NCBI GenBank assembly: GCA_037447605.1
Contig: CM074805.1
Location: forward strand, 186,001-250,000
Length of the DNA stretch: 64,000 bases
Source of the DNA: Zygnema circumcarinatum SAG 698-1b
Lineage: Eukaryota > Plantae > Zygnematophyceae
Direction: 5' to 3'
The notes below the pieces were generated by a model. The model worked only from the letters and a program-made list of their open reading frames with translations, was not told the origin of the DNA and searched no databases. Positions 58,126 to 64,000 of this stretch are shown piece by piece. Every line of letters starts with the position of its first letter. The first letter of the stretch is position 1. A program made the translations under genes and the position numbers.

Positions 58126-61100
58126 ATGGCTTCTACAGGCCTTCAGATGGCGGCGTTCCAGGGACCCTTCATGGCAAGTACTGACGTGATTATAGCCATG
58201 AAGAGCTCCTTCAATGGTGGAAAGGCGTGTGTTCCCTCTGCACTTGGAAGTATGGGTCCGTTTCCTCCTGCAAGGGGTTTCAGACTTCAAGAACGAAGTA
58301 CATTTCCTTTAGAGATACATCAGAATAATGATAGAGTGCATGTTTGCGACAAGGTTTCACCTTTACGAGCTTCGGCTTTGTGTTTCAGTTCGGGAACTGA
58401 AATCGGCATCACATTCCAAAGAAGGAATAGACGCCTCTCAGGACTGCAAACCTCTCTTCCTGGAACTCACAAGAAGTTTGAATCTCCTCGAAAGAAGGGA
58501 GACTTCCGCGCCTCTATCGGCTTCACCTCAGACCGGCGATTGAGGTACATGCTGTCTAGTTTCTGTCATGGGTCGATTCCGTTTTCGCGTTCCTATGTCT
58601 GATTGTTATCTTTAATCGATAACTCGCCTTACATAGGCTCGTCTCTTCTAGCGTTTTCAAAAGATTTCTGTGTATTGCTTTCAAAGAAAGAGTTTGACAG
58701 CTCTCTTTTTCCACTCTTGAAAATGAATGAGGTCTTACTGGCGTGTGCAGTGCGGAACGCGCTGCTCAACAGCTCCTCCGCGATGCGGCGTCGTTGCTCT
58801 TGTATGCAGAAGTGCTGAAAGGCGCCCCTGCGCAGGCATTCTTGCGCCTACTGCTGCTTCTTCGGCGGGGTGATGGTAAGACCCGTACTCTGCCGCATCC
58901 TATTGGAAACCCGCAGAACTTTGGGATGGAGAAATTATACCGGGATAGGTTTCTCGTTTTCCTTGAATAGTCACACCTGGCTCTCTATATTATCAGGAGC
59001 TGCCTTAACTTGGTCGGACATAACGAGGTCCTTGATATAAAGCTGTTTGAAGCCTCTTATGCGATTAGTGCAGCAAATATATTCCTTTCGATTCCTTCAT
59101 TGCCCCGTCTACCTCAAGTTTTATTATCAGCTGTGGGTTGGGCCCTTCTGAGTTGAGTCACCTAATGTTGGTGTCGTGTGCACTCCGTGCACTGTATGGA
59201 CTTGCCTACACTCCTTTTTACACTCATTTTTCTCCGACATAGTGCTCTACAAGATAGCTAAGCCTGGTTTTAGGGTAGAGGACCTCACTTAAGCTTGTGA
59301 TCACGCAGATGGAGCAAAGGTTCTCGAGGCGTATGGTGAATTTTTCCGCCTCATGGCCGCAGAAGGACATTCATGGTGAGTGTGTGAACTGCTAAAAATT
59401 TGTACGTTAACCGTTATAAGCCCCTTCAGCACCGGCCTCCCATATTCCCTTTCTCCCCCTCCTCCCCCCTCACCACACCCCCTCCTCCTCCAAACATGTA
59501 GACGAATTGTGCCGGTTGTGTCAGATTACAACATGTGCACTGAAGGATGTACTTGAAGTGGTCCTTTAGTGTGTAAAAGCCCTTTCAACCACTGCTATGT
59601 TCTAGCTTTCTGCACAATTTTCTAAACCGTATTGCCACCATGTTCTCAACACGGTCCCTTTTTTTCCTCTCCCAGTCTCATCTGTCTAGTCCCTCTCATT
59701 CTCATCGTCTCTCTTTCCCCCTCCCTCCCCTTCGCCTCCCCCGAATGGCAGGCCTATAGAAAATCACCTTGCACTTACTCCCTTCGCTGCATTGTGCAAA
59801 CATCGCGTTTGCAGCTGGCAGGATTTTATTCTTGATGGTATTTTGGCGGGTGAAGGGAACGCCTTCGCTGATGCGGCTGCTGGTGTGAACGAGTTCGCTT
59901 GCGGAGGCCAAACCCGGGAAGGTCCGGCGGTCCGCAAAGGGCTGAGAGATGCAGCAGCCGTCGATTTGGACAGTTTGCAGCGGCTGTGTATTGCAGAGTC
60001 AACGCTTGCTGGCTGGGTAAGGGGCCAGAGAGAGAGGCAGAGAGGCACCTGCGGGGGAAGTTGGATGGGGAGGGGGAGGGGAGGGGAGGGGGAGGGGAGG
60101 GGGAGGGGGAGGGGGAGACTGCTACCTTATGGCGTTGCTTTCGTTGGCAGGTTGCAGATATTGTGCCGGGTCTGAGCCCTGAATGGAAGGGAGCAGCATC
60201 CGGAGGATTGAGTGGCGCTTTGGTAGAGCGGGAGAGAATTGGAGTGGGAGAAGAGTCGCTCGGAAAGTTAGACGCTTTCAACAGTGATTTGCGATCCTTT
60301 GGATTTGGCGGAGGTGCTGCGTCTGCTGCCACTGGCTACGGAGATACCGCTGTGACAGGTTTTGCACGACTTGCTCTATAGGGACTATGAGGAAGATTAT
60401 AGACTATAGGACTATAGGGAGAATGGATGTATCGTCCAGTTGGGTAGCAGTTCTGCTTTATTGTCAATTCTGCGCAAAACCAAGAGGCACTGAAATGGAT
60501 AAACGGTGCTTGAGTTCAGATTTTCGCCCGGAAGGAGCCATTCGAGGATTTGATTTGGCGAGAGACAACGAACCAGAAGGGGAAAACGCCAATGGCAGCC
60601 TTCAAGCTGGACCTGGTGTGTCCAGTGGATGCCAAATAATATTCCGTCTTAAAAATTGGACCGGGGATTTCCAAGATTGAGCAATGTAGTTTGGAAGTCG
60701 GCCCCTCCTTTAAGTCCTTTTTTGCTACCCCTACCACATGCCAGAATTCCGAGATTCGTAAGGAATGGAGCCACAAAACCCCTGTTAGGATCTTGAGGAT
60801 GTTTTCCTAAGAATAGAGCTTGGTTCTACTTTACAGAGAGGTCTGCTAGTTTCTTGCAGCTCGACAAGCTCTTCTTTCTTGCTGTTGAGCTTCTTCGACC
60901 AGCCATGGCCAAGAGGGTCGCTTCGCTGGGAGCAGTGCCTGCTGGAAGCTCGAGAGACACGTGGCGGCAACACATTGGAGGACAGTGGAAGTGGTCTCAA
61001 GCTGTGCCGACACTCGAGCGCTTTTACTTCGAGTACGGTTCAGGCCCTGCAGCGATGCATACAGGTGGGTGGGCAATGGAGCTTGAATAGCTTGCTGATG

Positions 61101-62755
61101 GCTACGAGCCAACAGAGAGCAAGAGAGCAATACGTGGAGGGGGCAATGTTTATGCACTTGACATTGCAGTGAGCAGGAATTATGAGGTTGGTCTAACTTT
61201 GGCTTGTCGCAGACCTTCTTTGGAGGGAGGGGAAGTTGGTGGAGGGCCCGCATCGGCCGAAGCTGGAGGGCTGTGAATTGAGCTTTCATAAAGAGCATAG
61301 GACCCAACTGAACGCCAACATAGAACGGCACCTTGCAGGGTTACCGACCTTCCATACGCTGCTGGTGAGCTCTTTCAGAGGACACTGCGTAATAGGCACT
61401 ATGATGATTCCCTTCCGGCCATTCACCCCTTTTGTTGACAGTATTTCATTCTAGTGAACTAAGCTATCTGCCCCTTTGGGTTGGCGAATCAGTATGGCGA
61501 GGCCGGCTTGGGCAAGACATGGCTGTTGAAGTCGGTCCTTCACAACTTTGCGGAAACGAGGGGCTTGCGCGTTGTGACTCTCTTGAGGCCGGACTTGAAA
61601 GCAATTGCACGTCTTTTGGAGGAGATAAGCCGACATCCCCGACTGAAGTTTGCAATAGTTATGGATGATCTTTCATTTCGAGTAAGTGGATGATGGTTAA
61701 TGCATCATCTTTTTCACACTTGCGATGCATTCTCGACATGGTAGGATTTTGGGAGTGCACGTGTACTGAAATTGCATATTGTTCGCTTTATAATATGCAT
61801 TCACAAAAATATGTCCAAAAGAATACAGGCCTTCATCGTCCAGCTACATTTTCAATACTTTCTTCGTAGTAGCAAAACCAGCAAAACTTGACTGTTGATA
61901 AGGTACCCGTGCGTGCAGGCTGGTGAAGAAGGCTACTTGACACTCAAGTGGAAGCTTGAGGGAGCTCGACAAGTGAGTCTATTGTCTATGTGCCTCACTT
62001 GTGTCATTTTCTTGCCAATGTAGAAGCCATAAATTTCCCCTCTTGTGTCTCAGGCTCTCTGCAATGCGAACGATGTGAGTCCTTCAAATTTGGGATGCGG
62101 TTAGGCCTTGAATTGTGTCGTAAATGCTTTGTTTCAAGGCTGAAGCCGAAGGGCCGACGCTTGTACTTTGCTGAGCATGATTTAAAATAAGAAGAAAAGG
62201 ACCATAACGAAAGTGCTTTACAGGAGCTTCGGAGGTAACTCCTCACTAACTATACCATTGGAAACCTCGTGAGAGGTGCAATTGGATAACGATGCATTGC
62301 GTCGTCTGCTTCATATCACACTGAGGGGAAAAGGCTGGAGCCTTAAGCAACCTAATATGTTAAGTACTAATAAGAGTTTTTTTGGTGGATGGAATGTGCA
62401 GCCTTGGCCCCCCAACGCGATTCTATGTGCAACGAGCCCTTCTCGGGACTTGATGTCACTTGCAAGCACGGGGGGGGTCCAGCCAGGAGGCAGCCTTGGG
62501 GGTGACTTAGGGCTCCACTTTGGGCTCTCTTTGCCCTTCCACATGGAGGCCTCCACGTACGTACAATGCGTCGCTGAGCTGGCGGCGGCGCGGGGGCTTC
62601 CCCTTGGGGGCACTCGGGAGGAGTGGGAGGACTCGGCCCTTGATTGGGCGGCACAAGTGCGGGCAGGCGTGCCCCAGTGGGCGCACAAGTACGATGTTCT
62701 GGCGGCTGGGCAGTACGTGCACTACCGAGCAGCTCAGGAATACAGCTTGAGATAG
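58126..62755 (+). CDS. DUF815-family AAA+ P-loop protein, cyanobacterial type, with transit-peptide-like N-terminus; multi-exon
   Basis: LLRDAASLLLYAEVL, LEAYGEFFRLMA...WQDFILDGIL, Walker A YGEAGLGKT, Walker B FAIVMDDLSF, LKWKLEG, PPNAILCATS, FGLSL...YVQCVAELAA and ALDWA. Confidence 0.8.
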
Positions 62756-63177
62756 AGGGAGCGAGGGAGGGACGCTTGAATTGCGACATTTGCTGTCTTT
62801 GAGAAGAGGAGGGAGAATAGTGGTAGTGAACGAAGCTGAAGGACAGATACCTCTTCCTTATGTCAATAATAATTCTATTTTTGAGAGTACTGCTACCTCT
62901 CATCATGTATGAAACAATTAAGCAAATAGGCAGTCATTGTATAATAAAACGAGAGGCTCAAAGAAAAGTAAACTTCTTTCCAAATTGAACATAAAAGTGA
63001 CAAATCAGTGAAACATAACACTTTATTGTCTTTTTCGAAAAATCGTCAGGGTAAGACAAAAAAGAAGTGTTCAAAGTATGGCCGGTGGTTTTGCCGCCCT
63101 CTCCAACTTTCCACTAAGAGGGTTAAAAAGCTTTCATTTGGATAATCAAAAGCAACGACAACTTAAATCAAAATGAA

Positions 63178-63400
63178 CTATACTATAGTGATTACTATAC
63201 TATAGTGATTACTGTCCTCTTAAGGGACCGTTGTTCAGCAATTTTTATTTCAACAAAACTCAACGCCATCAAAGGCTTGGGAGGTGCCCGACTACCCTTA
63301 CTACGTGGTGCATTGGCTGATGCCTATGCCCATGCCCTTGCCCCTATGCTCCATGACACAAAATGCAATTGAACTCTAAGACACAAAATGCAATTGAACT
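63178..63400. repeat. Two short direct repeats in AT-rich DNA downstream of the DUF815 gene
   Basis: CTATACTATAGTGATTA x2 (63178-63211) and GACACAAAATGCAATTGAACT x2 (63355-63375, 63380-63400). Confidence 0.85.
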
Positions 63401-63751
63401 GAGTCAAAATTTCAATCTCTTATAAATTTTTTGGATTTACTTCATCATTTTTGAAACAAATTCAATTTCCATTTTTTTATTCTTTTTGCCTACAAGCTTT
63501 AGCCAAAAACTCACCATATTACGCGATGATTGGTAACTTTTAACTACTAAAAAAATCTCAAACCCTATTTGCAATGAAATTTGGTTTTTAGTTGCTAGTC
63601 GACCCCTTAGCAAGCTTTACATGACGCTAATGCTTGAACTGCTAATAGCAACATCAATGGCGTTCGCATGGCAAACTCTATGTCGCACTTCCTGCCATTT
63701 TTACCGTTTGATTTAAAAGACAAGTACGAAATAGAGTCCACNNNNNNNNNN

Positions 63752-64000
63752 GCAATAGTTATGGATGATCTTTCATTTCGAGTAAGTGGATGATGGTTAA
63801 TGCATCATCTTTTTCACACTTGCGATGCATTCTCGACATGGTAGGATTTTGGGAGTGCACGTGTACTGAAATTGCATATTGTTCGCTTTATAATATGCAT
63901 TCACAAAAATATGTCCAAAAGAATACAGGCCTTCATCGTCCAGCTACATTTTCAATACTTTCTTCGTAGTAGCAAAACCAGCAAAACTTGACTGTTGATA
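63752..64000 (+). repeat. Identical copy of 61652-61900 immediately after a 10-N gap
   Basis: 249 bp read as identical by eye, covering the Walker B exon end and the following intron of the DUF815 gene. Confidence 0.9.

Noticed and set aside
63112-63116. CACTA terminus
   Set aside because: Only the pentamer is present; no TAGTG partner with a 3-bp TSD could be paired convincingly.

Overview
This is eukaryotic nuclear DNA: intron-rich GT-AG genes, and two short N gaps indicating a draft scaffold. The proteins are land-plant-like in a compact, CT/GA-tract-rich genome, so a streptophyte alga or early-diverging plant is inferred. Gene order: 3' end of an HMG-box gene (+), peptide:N-glycanase PNG1 (+), bacterial-type agmatinase-family ureohydrolase with a signal peptide (-), PP2A B55 subunit (+), MOT2/MFSD5-type transporter (+), PDS5 (-), PYG7/Ycf37 TPR protein (+), COX5B (+), an unassigned membrane protein (+), two tandem NTF2/SnoaL-like genes (-, one frameshifted) and a cyanobacterial-type DUF815 AAA+ protein (+). 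Best leads: (1) the nearly intronless, probably secreted agmatinase, a horizontal-transfer candidate; (2) dense GTAC/CCGTACA clusters in upstream regions, with an identical 11-mer in three of them; (3) a Mutator-like foldback element with an exact 9-bp target duplication, nested in an older ~250-bp element whose TIRs carry the GTAC motif; (4) a box C/D-like sequence whose core recurs at the 5' end of an NTF2-gene intron; (5) the NTF2-like pair. No CRISPR array, rRNA or tRNA was found. Family assignments come from motifs recalled by eye, not database searches, and several exon structures are only partly resolved.
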